Of a stretch of DNA of 43,957 bases, positions 26,290 to 35,869 are shown piece by piece; within the stretch, counting starts at the first letter, position 1, and every line of letters begins with the position of its first letter. This DNA is from a virus (lineage: Duplodnaviria > Caudoviricetes), in the IMG/VR virus record IMGVR_UViG_3300015370_001135, positions 1 through 43,957 of that record; one strand, written 5' to 3'. The notes under the pieces are model-generated. The model was not told the origin of the DNA. It was given only the letters and a program-made list of their open reading frames with translations, and searched no databases. The translations under genes were made by a program, and so were the position numbers.

Positions 26290-27022
26290 CCGGTTTGCGA
26301 TACGCCTGTGCGCCGTCTACGCGCTTGAAGGTCGGACCTTCGCCGACGCTGAAGTTCGGGACAGCGAGATCGTGCCGATCGACCCGGAGGGCAATGATGG
26401 TGACACCAAGCCATTCGTCGCGATCTACACCGATGACCAGTCCCCGGATGGTGTGACGCTGACATTCGAGATCGGCGCGTCGGCGCGCATGGCGGCGCGG
26501 GATCCGGAAAGTGGCAAGGATGTCATCGTGCCCGGCATCCCGCCCACCGATTCCGGCATTGAGGCGCTGCTCGACATGATGGAGCGGCAGATCCACGTCG
26601 CCCTGAACGATGAGAACAACACCTGGGCGCAACTGCTCAAGATCGTGTGCAAGGATCTCCAACTGACCGGCAGTCGTCGCGGCGCCATGAAAACGCAAAG
26701 CGGCGAGCGCTTCGCCGGCCGTGAAATCGTGTTCACTGGAAAACCTCTCAATGACCCGGAGTTCGGACGGGAAATCACCGGCGGGAGTTTCTGGGGCCGG
26801 TTTCTGGCACAGGCGGAAGCCGAGCCGCATCTTGTGGATTTCGCCACGAAGTTCCGCGCGCTGCTGACCGACGGGACGTCGATCGAGAACTGGCGTCTGG
26901 TGTTGCGGGCGCTCGGCGCCAGCCGTCAGGCAGGCGATGGTCTTGGCGTGACACCGCCCATGGGAATGGACACGTCTCCAGATATCACCGAAGCGCAAAC
27001 TGAGATGGACGTCTCCGAATGA
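26282..27022 (+). CDS. Putative tail completion/terminator protein
   Basis: V.DS...P, PFVAIYTDD, EALLDMMERQI; position in the neck region. Confidence 0.55.
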   Translation: MLNRFAIRLCAVYALEGRTFADAEVRDSEIVPIDPEGNDGDTKPFVAIYTDDQSPDGVTLTFEIGASARMAARDPESGKDVIVPGIPPTDSGIEALLDMMERQIHVALNDENNTWAQLLKIVCKDLQLTGSRRGAMKTQSGERFAGREIVFTGKPLNDPEFGREITGGSFWGRFLAQAEAEPHLVDFATKFRALLTDGTSIENWRLVLRALGASRQAGDGLGVTPPMGMDTSPDITEAQTEMDVSE

Positions 27023-27582
27023 GCAGCCATCTGCCGAACGATCTTCCCGGTCAGGTTGCCTGGCTGGCCAACGAGATTGCCGAGATCAAGCGGCGCGACC
27101 GCAACCGTAAGCGCACCGGCGTGGTGGGCGAGGTCGATTGTGCAAAAGGTCTGGCGCGCGTGAAGTTCGAGGAGCGTGACGGCAAGCCCTATCTCGGGCC
27201 ATGGATGCCCTGGAAGGAAATCGCCAGCGGGGGCATCAAGAGCCACATTCCGCCGACTGTCGGCGAGCAGGTCGATGTCGTTTCCGAGAGTGGGGACATG
27301 ACCGATGGCGTGATCGACATGTCGACGCCGTCGAACGAAAACCCGCGTCCGCATGATGGGCCGGAAGCGGTCATCACCAAGGGCGATGTCCGCATCGAGA
27401 TTGCCGACGCTCTGACAACTGTCACTTCGCCTTCGGTGGTTGTCCATTCGCAAAGCATTGATCTCGGCGGTCCAGGTGGCCCTGCTGTTGCTCGCGTCGG
27501 AGACATGGTTGAGGTCGGCGCCGGCTCATCTGCAGGGCTATGGCCGATCGTTGAAGGCTCCCCGGTTACACGGTCAATCTAG
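27019..27582 (+). CDS. Baseplate spike, P2 gpV-like
   Basis: RTGVVGEVD, PWMPW, PPTVGEQV, VARVGD. Confidence 0.88.
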   Translation: MSSHLPNDLPGQVAWLANEIAEIKRRDRNRKRTGVVGEVDCAKGLARVKFEERDGKPYLGPWMPWKEIASGGIKSHIPPTVGEQVDVVSESGDMTDGVIDMSTPSNENPRPHDGPEAVITKGDVRIEIADALTTVTSPSVVVHSQSIDLGGPGGPAVARVGDMVEVGAGSSAGLWPIVEGSPVTRSI

Positions 27583-27600
27583 AAAGACGAGGATCCAGAA

Positions 27601-27810
27601 ATGAACAAGCCATTCACAGCCGCCAAGAGCGGCTTCATCCTTGGCACATGGTACGAGAATGGCGATGCCGTTCCGGTTTCGGCCAGCCAGGCGAGGTATC
27701 TTGTCCCGCCATTTGGCGACGCACTTGAGGTGAAAGACGCTGCCAGGGCCGCCAGAAAGCCTGCCGCACCGAAAGCCAGCGGCAAGACGGAACCGGCGAC
27801 CAGGGATTAG
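27601..27810 (+). CDS. Small hypothetical phage protein
   Basis: GAGGA ribosome-binding site; QARYL motif; between gpV and gpW. Confidence 0.6.
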   Translation: MNKPFTAAKSGFILGTWYENGDAVPVSASQARYLVPPFGDALEVKDAARAARKPAAPKASGKTEPATRD

Positions 27811-27813
27811 GTC

Positions 27814-28203
27814 ATGTCCGGGATCTCAGCAGACGGCGGCATGCTCGAGGGCTGGCCGCATGTGGCGCAGTCGATCGCGAAGTGCCTCACGACGCTGATC
27901 GGCGACCGCGTGATGCGGCGCGACTACTGCTCCAATCTGCCGGATCTGATCGATGCGCCCATGAACGCGCAAAACGTCATGGCGCTTTTCGGCCTTGCCG
28001 CCATTGCCCTCGAGCCACGCCTGGTCGGCGGCTACTGGTACGGCGTGCCGCAGTTCCGCCTGACGCAGGTCGAAGTGGTGCGGGTGTCGGCAACCGGCGA
28101 GATCGCGCTCGTCTGCTCCGGCGACTATCTGCCGAACGGGCACAAGGGCGATTCTAAAGTGACCAACCAGGTCACGACAGACGTCATTTTCGGGGTCGCA
28201 TAA
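27814..28203 (+). CDS. Baseplate wedge protein, GPW/gp25 family
   Basis: HVAQSI..LTT.IGDRVMRRDY. Confidence 0.88.
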   Translation: MSGISADGGMLEGWPHVAQSIAKCLTTLIGDRVMRRDYCSNLPDLIDAPMNAQNVMALFGLAAIALEPRLVGGYWYGVPQFRLTQVEVVRVSATGEIALVCSGDYLPNGHKGDSKVTNQVTTDVIFGVA

Positions 28204-29061
28204 ATGAGCATTCCTGCCGAACTGGCGTCACTGCCGGCACCGGACGTTATCGAGATCATCGACTTCGAGGCCCGCCTTGCCGCGTTCATCGAAACGCTGC
28301 AGGCGCAGTTCTATGCGTCCGGGCTGGACTATGACGTCGGCGCCCTCGAAAGCGATCCGGCTGTGATCCTCATGGAAGCGGCGGCCTATCAGGACATCAA
28401 TCTCCGGCAGCGGATCAACGAGGCGGTCTACGCCAACCTCCTGCCGTTCGCGACCGGGGCGGATCTCGACCACCTAGCGGCCTGGTACGATGTCACGCGG
28501 GACTATCAAGAAACCGACGAACGCTTGCGAACGCGCATCGTGCTCGCGATTCAGGGGCGCTCTACCGGTGGAACGGCGCCGCGCTACAAAGCGGTCGCCA
28601 TGGGTGCCGACCCGAGCGTCGCCGATGCCGTGGTCTACACGATCGGCCGCGATCCGACGGTGCGTGTCGCCGTGTTCGTTTCAGGCGGCGGCGCGGTGCC
28701 GCCGGCCACGCTCGCCACAGTCGACGCGGCGCTTCAGAACGAAGCGGTGCGCATGGTCAATGACATGATCGCGGTCGAAAGCGCGGTCGAACTGACCGTG
28801 GACGTGACGGCGAATATCTGGCTGCAGCCATCGGCCTCGTCTTCGCTGATTGTCGAGATCGAGGCAAATCTTGCGGCTGCCTGGGCCGATGAGATCACCC
28901 TCGGGCACGACATCACGCTTTCGTGGCTTTCTGCAAAACTGCATATCGCCGGCGTGCACCGCGTCGAGATCGTGTCGCCGGGGGATGACGTCGTCATTCC
29001 GTTCAATCAGGCGCCGGCACTCGGCGTCGTCACGATCACCGAAGCGGGGCGCGGTTTCTGA
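28204..29061 (+). CDS. Baseplate J protein
   Basis: LPAPDVIE, ESDPAV, ATGADLDHLA, ETDERLR. Confidence 0.92.
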   Translation: MSIPAELASLPAPDVIEIIDFEARLAAFIETLQAQFYASGLDYDVGALESDPAVILMEAAAYQDINLRQRINEAVYANLLPFATGADLDHLAAWYDVTRDYQETDERLRTRIVLAIQGRSTGGTAPRYKAVAMGADPSVADAVVYTIGRDPTVRVAVFVSGGGAVPPATLATVDAALQNEAVRMVNDMIAVESAVELTVDVTANIWLQPSASSSLIVEIEANLAAAWADEITLGHDITLSWLSAKLHIAGVHRVEIVSPGDDVVIPFNQAPALGVVTITEAGRGF

Positions 29062-30173
29062 TGCTGTCGACGCTGCTGCCGCAAAACTCGACGGAATGGG
29101 AGCGCGGCATCGCCGACGCCATGACCGCCGAGGCTGTCGTCGACAGCGCGATCGAGTTTATCCGGGGTGCCAAGTTCACCCACCCGCTGCCAAACATGCT
29201 GCCGTATCTGGTCTGGGAGTTCGGCCTCGGGGAACTGACGCCCTATGTACCGAACCTTTACGAGCTCATCCAGGAAGGCGTCGCCTGGCAGCGCGTGCGC
29301 GGCACGCCACTGGCCATCGAAAAGGCGCTCGGCTGGCTCGGCTATGCGGCCGCGCTCGAAGAAGCGCCGACGAGCCGCAACTGGTGGAACGCCTTTCAAC
29401 TGATCTTCACCGCGCTGTCGGCAAACGACAGCCCGACGCTCGCGCAATTGTCCGGTGTGACCGGGCTTTCGGCGCCCGCGCGGTCGCAGTTCCGGCGCGG
29501 GGTTTTCGAGTATGACGTGCGCGAGCTGGTGCTCGGCAACAGCCGGCTCGGCGGCGCCATGCTCGGCGACGACAGCGGCGTGCCCTTCGGCACCGTGCCA
29601 GGCAAATGGTCTTTCGGGCGCACTCACGAGGTCACCCACACGCTGACCGAAGCCGAGGGCTCCGCGCTCGACATCTGGGTGCCGCTGCCCGAGGGAGGGG
29701 CGCTCGCATGGGGCGAAGCCGACTTCTATTGGGGCGATGCCGATTTCTATTGGGGCGCCGATGGCCTGGCCGCTCGCGCTTCGGCGCTTGCCGGTCAGGT
29801 CGCGGCGATGCCGGCGCATGTCGCCTTGCTCGACGCCGCCGATGCCGTGATCGGTTATCGCCGCGCCCGCGCCGTTCACCCGGTCTCGGTCGACGCCCAG
29901 GGCGCTTATGCCGTGGGCGGCGTCAGGTACGCGCCGAGCGCCAGCGGGTCGGCGGTCTATGTCGAGGCCATGACCGCATTCGGCGACGGTGCCGGTGATG
30001 TGGCCAAGATCGCGCTAGCCCTTGGCGGCACCCGCGCCGGGAGCCTGCCGCCCGGCCGGCTTTGGCTCGGACCCGACGATCTGATCGCGCCGGTGCTCGT
30101 CGCCGAGGCGGCGGTCGCTTTCCCAATTCGCCCGACCGTTCGCGAGCGGGCCAAATTCCTGTTGAGGTTCTAA
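29061..30173 (+). CDS. Baseplate/tail protein, P2 gpI-like, extended
   Basis: LLPQNSTEWER, LPYLVWEFG, RVRGTP. Confidence 0.8.
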   Translation: MLSTLLPQNSTEWERGIADAMTAEAVVDSAIEFIRGAKFTHPLPNMLPYLVWEFGLGELTPYVPNLYELIQEGVAWQRVRGTPLAIEKALGWLGYAAALEEAPTSRNWWNAFQLIFTALSANDSPTLAQLSGVTGLSAPARSQFRRGVFEYDVRELVLGNSRLGGAMLGDDSGVPFGTVPGKWSFGRTHEVTHTLTEAEGSALDIWVPLPEGGALAWGEADFYWGDADFYWGADGLAARASALAGQVAAMPAHVALLDAADAVIGYRRARAVHPVSVDAQGAYAVGGVRYAPSASGSAVYVEAMTAFGDGAGDVAKIALALGGTRAGSLPPGRLWLGPDDLIAPVLVAEAAVAFPIRPTVRERAKFLLRF

Positions 30174-33100
30174 TGGCAGAGCATCCCTCCGGCCTTCCCA
30201 ATGCCATCGATCGGGCCATCGGCAAGCGCAACTGGCGCGGCGTCCTGCACTATGACGGCCAGCGCATCTTGCAAATTGGCGAACTCAACGAGGCCCAGAC
30301 GATCGCGCGGTCTCATGCCCGCCGCGTCGGCAACCTGATCGCCCGTGACGGCGACCGCTACAGCGGCGCCGAGGCTGTCGTCGACCAGGATGCCGGCACC
30401 GTCACGCTTACGGCTGGCGAGATCTACATCGACGGCGACGTTTTTCCGGTCGCCGAGGCCACCCTTGCCGATGTCCAGATGGAAGGCCGCGTGGAGATCG
30501 GCGTTCGGCTTCTGACGGCCTGGATCACCCATGAGGATGATCCCGAGCTTTTGGGCCAGGCCGAAGGCGCGCTCGAAGAGGGCGAGCCGGGTGCGGCGCG
30601 CGAGGTCGCAAGCCTTGTCTGGGCGCTGCCCGACGATGGCGGCGACGGCCAGTTCGCGGCGGTCTATCTCCTGATCGACGGCACGCTCGTTGACCAGGCG
30701 GCGCCGCCGATCCTTTCGGAAATCCAGCAATCGCTTTCGGTCTATGATTACGGGGCGCACGGCCACTACATCGTCGAGGGCTGTTCGGTCGCCGCGCTCG
30801 GCAAGACCGGCGACGCCCAGGTCTTCGCGATCGAGGCCGGCGAGGCGAATATTCACGGCTTCAAGCGCCGGCGCGAGGCCGGCTTGCGGCTCACCCATGT
30901 CGAGGATTTCGACGTGATCGCGGTTCCCGGCGAGACCCACGCAATTGCCTCTGCCGGGGCCGAAGTGCTGACCATGTCGGCGGCGCCGATCGCCGAGGTG
31001 ACCAGTATCTTTTTAACCAAGCAGAAGACGGCCACCGTGACGCGCGGCGTGACGGCAAACGGCGAGGACGCCCTGCCGGACACATCGCTTGTTGCGATCA
31101 TCGAAGTCACCCAGGGCGCCACGACCTTTGTTGCCGATACCGACCATACGCTTTCGGGCAACAACGTGTCCTGGGCACCGGCTGGCGCCGAGCCGGCAGG
31201 CGGTTCGTCCTATGACGTGACCTACTGGTATCGGGATGCGGTGACGCCCGATTCCTACACGGCCACGACCGTAACGATTTCGGGCGGCGTCGCCGGCGGC
31301 GAGGCGCTGGTGTCCTATACCTACAAGCTGCCGCGGATCGATCTGATTTGTCTCGACCAGGACGGTGCGCCCGCCTACGTCAAGGGCGCTTCGGGGAGTT
31401 CCTTTCCGCCGCCGCCGCCGACATTTCTTTTGAAGCTGGCCGAGGTCCATAACGACTGGTTCAGCACGCCGGTGATCAAGAACAACGGCACGCACAACAC
31501 CGATTTCGACGAAATCGCGCGGATGAAGGACGAGCTTGCGAACCTCATCCGCCTGGCCATGATCGAGCGCAGCCGCGCCGCGATCGACGCCCGCGAACCG
31601 GTGGCCAAAAAGGGAATGTTTGTCGACCCGTTCGTCGACGACACCTATCGCGACCAGGGCGAGGCCCAGACCGCCGCGATCGGCAATGGCATGCTGACCC
31701 TTGCCCACACGCCGACTATCCACACGCTCGGCCTGATGGCGCCGGTGACCCTCGATTATGTCGAGGAAGTGATCATCGCCCAGGAGCTCGACACGGCCTG
31801 TGTGCTGATCAATCCCTATCAGAACTTCACGCCGCTGCCCGCGTCGATGGCGCTGACCCCGGCGGCCGATTTCTGGTCGATCTCTGAAACGCAATGGGCC
31901 TCGGACGTGACCCGTGAGTTCAACCGGGGCAACACGACCAATCCCGAGGCCCTTGAGCAGATCACGCAGTCAACCGAGATCGTAGGGGTTTCCGGCCCGC
32001 AAAACCTGCCATTCCTGCGGGAGATCGACGTTGACGTGCATATCGAGGGAATGGGGTCTGGCGAGAACCTTGAGATGCTCTCCTTCGACAGCCTTGACGT
32101 CAAGCCGGCTGGCGTCCAGACCGCCGACGCGGCCGGCGATCTCGACGTGACCTTCACCATTCCGGCCGGCGTCACCGCCGGGTCAAAGTCGGTCGAGGCG
32201 ACCGGTGAAGGCGGCTCGGAAGCGGCGGCGATCTTCACCGGCCAGGGCGTGATCAACATCACGACCATGCGTCGTGTCACAACCATCGAGCGCTGGAATT
32301 TGCAGCAAACGGGCGGCGGTGGCGGCGGCGGCATCGGCGCAAGCACGACTGGGTGGGCCGGTGGCGATCCCCAGGCCCAGACCTTCATCCCGCATGAAAT
32401 CCGCCAGACCATCGGCATGGATTTCAAAATCTGCGCTGTTGGCGACCCCGGCAACGACCTGATCATCGAGCAAGTCAGGGTCGAGAACGGCTGGCCGACC
32501 CGGGATGTCGAGGCGCAAGCCCATGTCGACATGGCCGGCGCAGAGACCGGCTGGAAACAGGCCCGATTTGGCCTGCCACTGACCACGACGCCCGACCGCG
32601 AGCATGCTTTCGTGATCCGCACCGATGACGGCGCGCACTCGGTCTCGGTCGCCAACCTTGGCGATTTCGATGCCCAGGGACAGCAATGGATCACGGCGCG
32701 GCCCTACCCCATCGGGGTGCGGCTGTCTTCGGTCAACGCGACCACCTGGACGGCTCATCAGGATTCAGTTTTGACTTTCCGCACCATCGCCGCCAGCTAC
32801 ACGGCAACCGAAAAGGTCGTCGATCTCGGCGAGGTCGATCTGGTCAACTGTTCGGACCTGGTCATTCGCGCGGCGGTCGAATTGCCGTCCGGCGATTGCG
32901 GCGTACGCTTCGAAATCGAGCGGGCCAATGGCGACATCATCACCTTGCTCGCCGGCCAGGTGGTGCGGCTCGCCGAGTTCGTCACAGAGACGGTTGAAGT
33001 GCGCGCGATCCTGACCGGCACGGCCAAGCTGTCGCCGATCCTGTTCGCGCCCGTCCAGCTTATCGCTGCCAAGATCGCGACCGAAGGCACCTATGTGACC

Positions 33101-33376
33101 CGCGCCTTCACTTGCGGTGCCGCGCGCGACCTCGGGGCCTATTTCAAGGCCTTCAAGCCGAGCGGGGCCAGCGTGTCGATTTTTTACGACCTGGCCGACG
33201 ACGACTGGCAGGCTTTGCCGCTGATCGAGACCGAGGCACTGGCCTTCCCGAACTGGACCGAGCCGAAGCACCAGGTCGAGGACATCACGTCCGTCAACGC
33301 GCGGATCAAGCTGGTGCTGACCGGCGGCCCGGCCGCTCGGCCGATCGTCGGTGATCTAGGCGCCTGGGTATCGTGA
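30173..33376 (+). CDS. Large baseplate-associated protein (DUF4815-like)
   Basis: LQIGELNEAQ, GHYIVEG, KKGMFVDPFVDD..RD.G, DPQAQTF motifs. Confidence 0.75.
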   Translation: MAEHPSGLPNAIDRAIGKRNWRGVLHYDGQRILQIGELNEAQTIARSHARRVGNLIARDGDRYSGAEAVVDQDAGTVTLTAGEIYIDGDVFPVAEATLADVQMEGRVEIGVRLLTAWITHEDDPELLGQAEGALEEGEPGAAREVASLVWALPDDGGDGQFAAVYLLIDGTLVDQAAPPILSEIQQSLSVYDYGAHGHYIVEGCSVAALGKTGDAQVFAIEAGEANIHGFKRRREAGLRLTHVEDFDVIAVPGETHAIASAGAEVLTMSAAPIAEVTSIFLTKQKTATVTRGVTANGEDALPDTSLVAIIEVTQGATTFVADTDHTLSGNNVSWAPAGAEPAGGSSYDVTYWYRDAVTPDSYTATTVTISGGVAGGEALVSYTYKLPRIDLICLDQDGAPAYVKGASGSSFPPPPPTFLLKLAEVHNDWFSTPVIKNNGTHNTDFDEIARMKDELANLIRLAMIERSRAAIDAREPVAKKGMFVDPFVDDTYRDQGEAQTAAIGNGMLTLAHTPTIHTLGLMAPVTLDYVEEVIIAQELDTACVLINPYQNFTPLPASMALTPAADFWSISETQWASDVTREFNRGNTTNPEALEQITQSTEIVGVSGPQNLPFLREIDVDVHIEGMGSGENLEMLSFDSLDVKPAGVQTADAAGDLDVTFTIPAGVTAGSKSVEATGEGGSEAAAIFTGQGVINITTMRRVTTIERWNLQQTGGGGGGGIGASTTGWAGGDPQAQTFIPHEIRQTIGMDFKICAVGDPGNDLIIEQVRVENGWPTRDVEAQAHVDMAGAETGWKQARFGLPLTTTPDREHAFVIRTDDGAHSVSVANLGDFDAQGQQWITARPYPIGVRLSSVNATTWTAHQDSVLTFRTIAASYTATEKVVDLGEVDLVNCSDLVIRAAVELPSGDCGVRFEIERANGDIITLLAGQVVRLAEFVTETVEVRAILTGTAKLSPILFAPVQLIAAKIATEGTYVTRAFTCGAARDLGAYFKAFKPSGASVSIFYDLADDDWQALPLIETEALAFPNWTEPKHQVEDITSVNARIKLVLTGGPAARPIVGDLGAWVS

Positions 33377-33387
33377 GGGGATGACGG

Positions 33388-33945
33388 ATGTCACTGACCA
33401 CTGAACACCGAGGCTACGGCCTTCCGAACGCTGGCGAGGCTGTTGGCGTCGACGGCGCGAAGATCAGCGAAGACCTCGCCATCTTCCAGGCGGCGCTCAT
33501 CGCGATCGACGTGGACGTGCATGACCTATTTGTCGCGCTTGCCGGCAAATCGGACACGGGCCACTTGCACGCGATCGCCGATGTCACCGGGTTGCAAACC
33601 GCGCTGAACGCCAAGGCCGCGACGACGCACACCCACAACCTCGACGATATCGACAATGTCTCGGGTGCTGCCGCTGCGCCGACGACCGGCAATTACGTGC
33701 TGGTCAAGACCGCTCTCGGGTGGGTGCCGCAACAGGTCGCGAGCCTTCTCGGGTCGCACAGTCACACTGCCTCGGACATCACTGACCTGGCCACGGTACT
33801 GGCGGCCTATGCGACCACTGCGTCGCTATCCTCCTATGCGACCCAGACCTATGTCGGAGAGCAGATCGACGCGATCTTCACGGTGAGCACCAGCGACCCC
33901 TCCGGCGGTTCTGACGGCGATGTCTGGTTCAAGGTTGCCTCATGA
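33388..33945 (+). CDS. Short tail fibre protein
   Basis: HxH repeats (HLHAIADVTGLQTAL, HTHNLDDI, HSHTASDITDL); ends PSGGSDGDVWF. Confidence 0.75.
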   Translation: MSLTTEHRGYGLPNAGEAVGVDGAKISEDLAIFQAALIAIDVDVHDLFVALAGKSDTGHLHAIADVTGLQTALNAKAATTHTHNLDDIDNVSGAAAAPTTGNYVLVKTALGWVPQQVASLLGSHSHTASDITDLATVLAAYATTASLSSYATQTYVGEQIDAIFTVSTSDPSGGSDGDVWFKVAS

Positions 33946-34934
33946 GCCTGTCTGTCCGACATGCGGGCGCTTGGAAGGAAGTCGCGCAGCCCTATGTCAA
34001 GCAGGGCGGCGTCTGGAAACCCGTGCGCGACGGCTTCGGCAAGCAGGGCGGCGTGTGGAAAAACTTCTATATGGCCGAGGAGGTCGTCACGCTTTCGGCC
34101 TCGGCAGAGCAGGTCAACATCGCGAACCTGTTCAGTCTGACCGAGTGGGCCGGGGCGCGCACCAAAAGGCTTATCATCCCGCCTGGTATTGTGCTCGGCA
34201 GCACGAGCAGCGCGGTGGCGGCTTTGCGCTCCGGTGCAGGTCGCGGCGGGGCGCTGATCATCGAGAATGGCGGCGAGCTTCTCGGGGCAGGTGGCGCCGC
34301 GAATAGTGGTGCTGGCGGTCCGGCGTTTCTTGCCGAGCAATCCGGCATCCAGTTGCTCAACTCCGGAAGCATCATGGGCGGCGGCGGCGGCGGCGGTACC
34401 GGCGGTCAGGGCGGGCCGGGATACTACACGTACACTGTGACCGAGGGGCCGCACTGGAACATTTCAAATACGTACTGGAACGACCGGAACCTGGGTGGCA
34501 ACGGTTCCGCTTACTGGTACGGGACTTACCTCGGCCAGCCCTATCATCTTGGCCCGATTTCCAAAGACGGATGGAACTACTACGCCGGGAACCTTTACGG
34601 CGGTTACAACTGGTCTCGCACTGTTTATAGGCAGCAGAGCCAGACGGCCTACACAACTGGCGGTGCTGGTGGTGCTGGCGGACGCGGACGCGGCTACAAC
34701 CAGACGCCTTTGAGCGGGTCCGCAGGATCGGCCGGCGGCACGAACGCTGGCACGGGCGGCACAGGTGGTGCTGGCCGCGAATGGGGCCTTGCCGGCTCTG
34801 CGGGCGCAACCGGCGCTTCCGGCAATAATGGCGGCGGCTTAAGCGGCTCGTCAGGCGGCGCGGCAGGCGCGGCCATCCTCAACCCAGGCAATGTCAGCTT
34901 GACCAACACGGGCACCCTCGCGGGCGCCTACTAA
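33942..34934 (+). CDS. Glycine-rich distal tail fibre/receptor-binding protein
   Basis: KQGGVWK repeats; polyglycine segments flank an aromatic Y/W/N-rich insert. Confidence 0.7.
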   Translation: MSLSVRHAGAWKEVAQPYVKQGGVWKPVRDGFGKQGGVWKNFYMAEEVVTLSASAEQVNIANLFSLTEWAGARTKRLIIPPGIVLGSTSSAVAALRSGAGRGGALIIENGGELLGAGGAANSGAGGPAFLAEQSGIQLLNSGSIMGGGGGGGTGGQGGPGYYTYTVTEGPHWNISNTYWNDRNLGGNGSAYWYGTYLGQPYHLGPISKDGWNYYAGNLYGGYNWSRTVYRQQSQTAYTTGGAGGAGGRGRGYNQTPLSGSAGSAGGTNAGTGGTGGAGREWGLAGSAGATGASGNNGGGLSGSSGGAAGAAILNPGNVSLTNTGTLAGAY

Positions 34935-34943
34935 GGAGTGAAC

Positions 34944-35414
34944 ATGACCGATCCCACACCCGAAGAAATCGCCGCACAACGCGCGGCGGACCACCTCTCG
35001 GCGACCAAGAACGACACCAATGAAGAACTGATCCTGTTCATCAACGGCATGACGACAAACACCCTGCGCATGTGGCCGGAGGGCGAGGTTCAATCGTGGA
35101 CCATCCAGCGGACGGAAGCTCTTGCCGTTCTCGCTGCCGGCGCTTCCGCGACGCTCGACATGGCGCCCTTCCTGACCAAAGTCTGCGTGGCACAGTTCGG
35201 CGACGCGACAGACGCGGAACGGCTGGTCCAGCTTCAAGAGAAGGCGGCAATCGTCAAGGGCTATGCCGACGCGTGGGAGAACATGGAGGCTTACCTTAAC
35301 GGCCTTCGTGCCCGCACGCAGGACGCGATCGGCGAGGCATCCGACCCGATCGAGATCACTGCCATCGTCAACGCGGCAAAGGCCGAGGCCGCATCTGTGC
35401 TCAGCGGCCAGTAA
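34944..35414 (+). CDS. Putative tail fibre assembly chaperone
   Basis: WPEGEVQSWTIQRTEA...APFL motif; follows the fibre genes. Confidence 0.6.
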   Translation: MTDPTPEEIAAQRAADHLSATKNDTNEELILFINGMTTNTLRMWPEGEVQSWTIQRTEALAVLAAGASATLDMAPFLTKVCVAQFGDATDAERLVQLQEKAAIVKGYADAWENMEAYLNGLRARTQDAIGEASDPIEITAIVNAAKAEAASVLSGQ

Positions 35415-35426
35415 AGCAGCCCTCCG

Positions 35427-35786
35427 ATGTCCGCCTATACCGGCCATCTGGCGCTATTCCCGACGCCGAGCCGCAGCTGGCGCCTGGCCGAAACGCTCGC
35501 CTGGGAGATCGGCCGCAAGGGCTCCGAACTGTTCGTCTTCCTGCCGCCCGGCTTCGAGACCGACCTGGCGAGCATCCCGTTCTGGGCGCGGTCGCTGTTC
35601 AACCCGGCCGATGCCCGCTTCGCCAAGGCATCGGTTCTTCATGATTACCTGATCAGCACGGGATGGGCGCCGCCCTCAGCCTCGGCCGCTTTCGCCGAGG
35701 CGCTCGCGGCCGATGGCGTCGGCAAGTGGCGCGCCTCGATCATGGGGCTGGCGGTGCTGGCCTATGCATATATCACCCGGCGATAG
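35427..35786 (+). CDS. DUF1353-family protein
   Basis: PPGFETDLASIP...ASVLHDYL. Confidence 0.88.
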   Translation: MSAYTGHLALFPTPSRSWRLAETLAWEIGRKGSELFVFLPPGFETDLASIPFWARSLFNPADARFAKASVLHDYLISTGWAPPSASAAFAEALAADGVGKWRASIMGLAVLAYAYITRR

Positions 35787-35820
35787 CGCCGGCAGACCAC
35801 CCCTCGCAAGAGGCTTAGCA

Positions 35821-35848
35821 CCCCACCCATCCGGTGGGGTTTTTCTTT
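35821..35848 (+). terminator. Intrinsic terminator before the sheath gene
   Basis: CCCCACC-catcc-GGTGGGG followed by TTTTTCTTT. Confidence 0.7.
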
Positions 35849-35869
35849 GCAACCAAAGGAGAAACCGGC

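Noticed and set aside
29709-29762. WGEADFY/WGDADFY short tandem repeat in the gpI-like gene
   Set aside because: A small in-frame 21-bp repeat of a Trp-periodic motif; no evidence of an independent function.
33942-35414. Complete diversity-generating retroelement or invertible tail-fibre cassette
   Set aside because: No reverse transcriptase, template repeat, invertase or inverted fibre copy is visible in the window.
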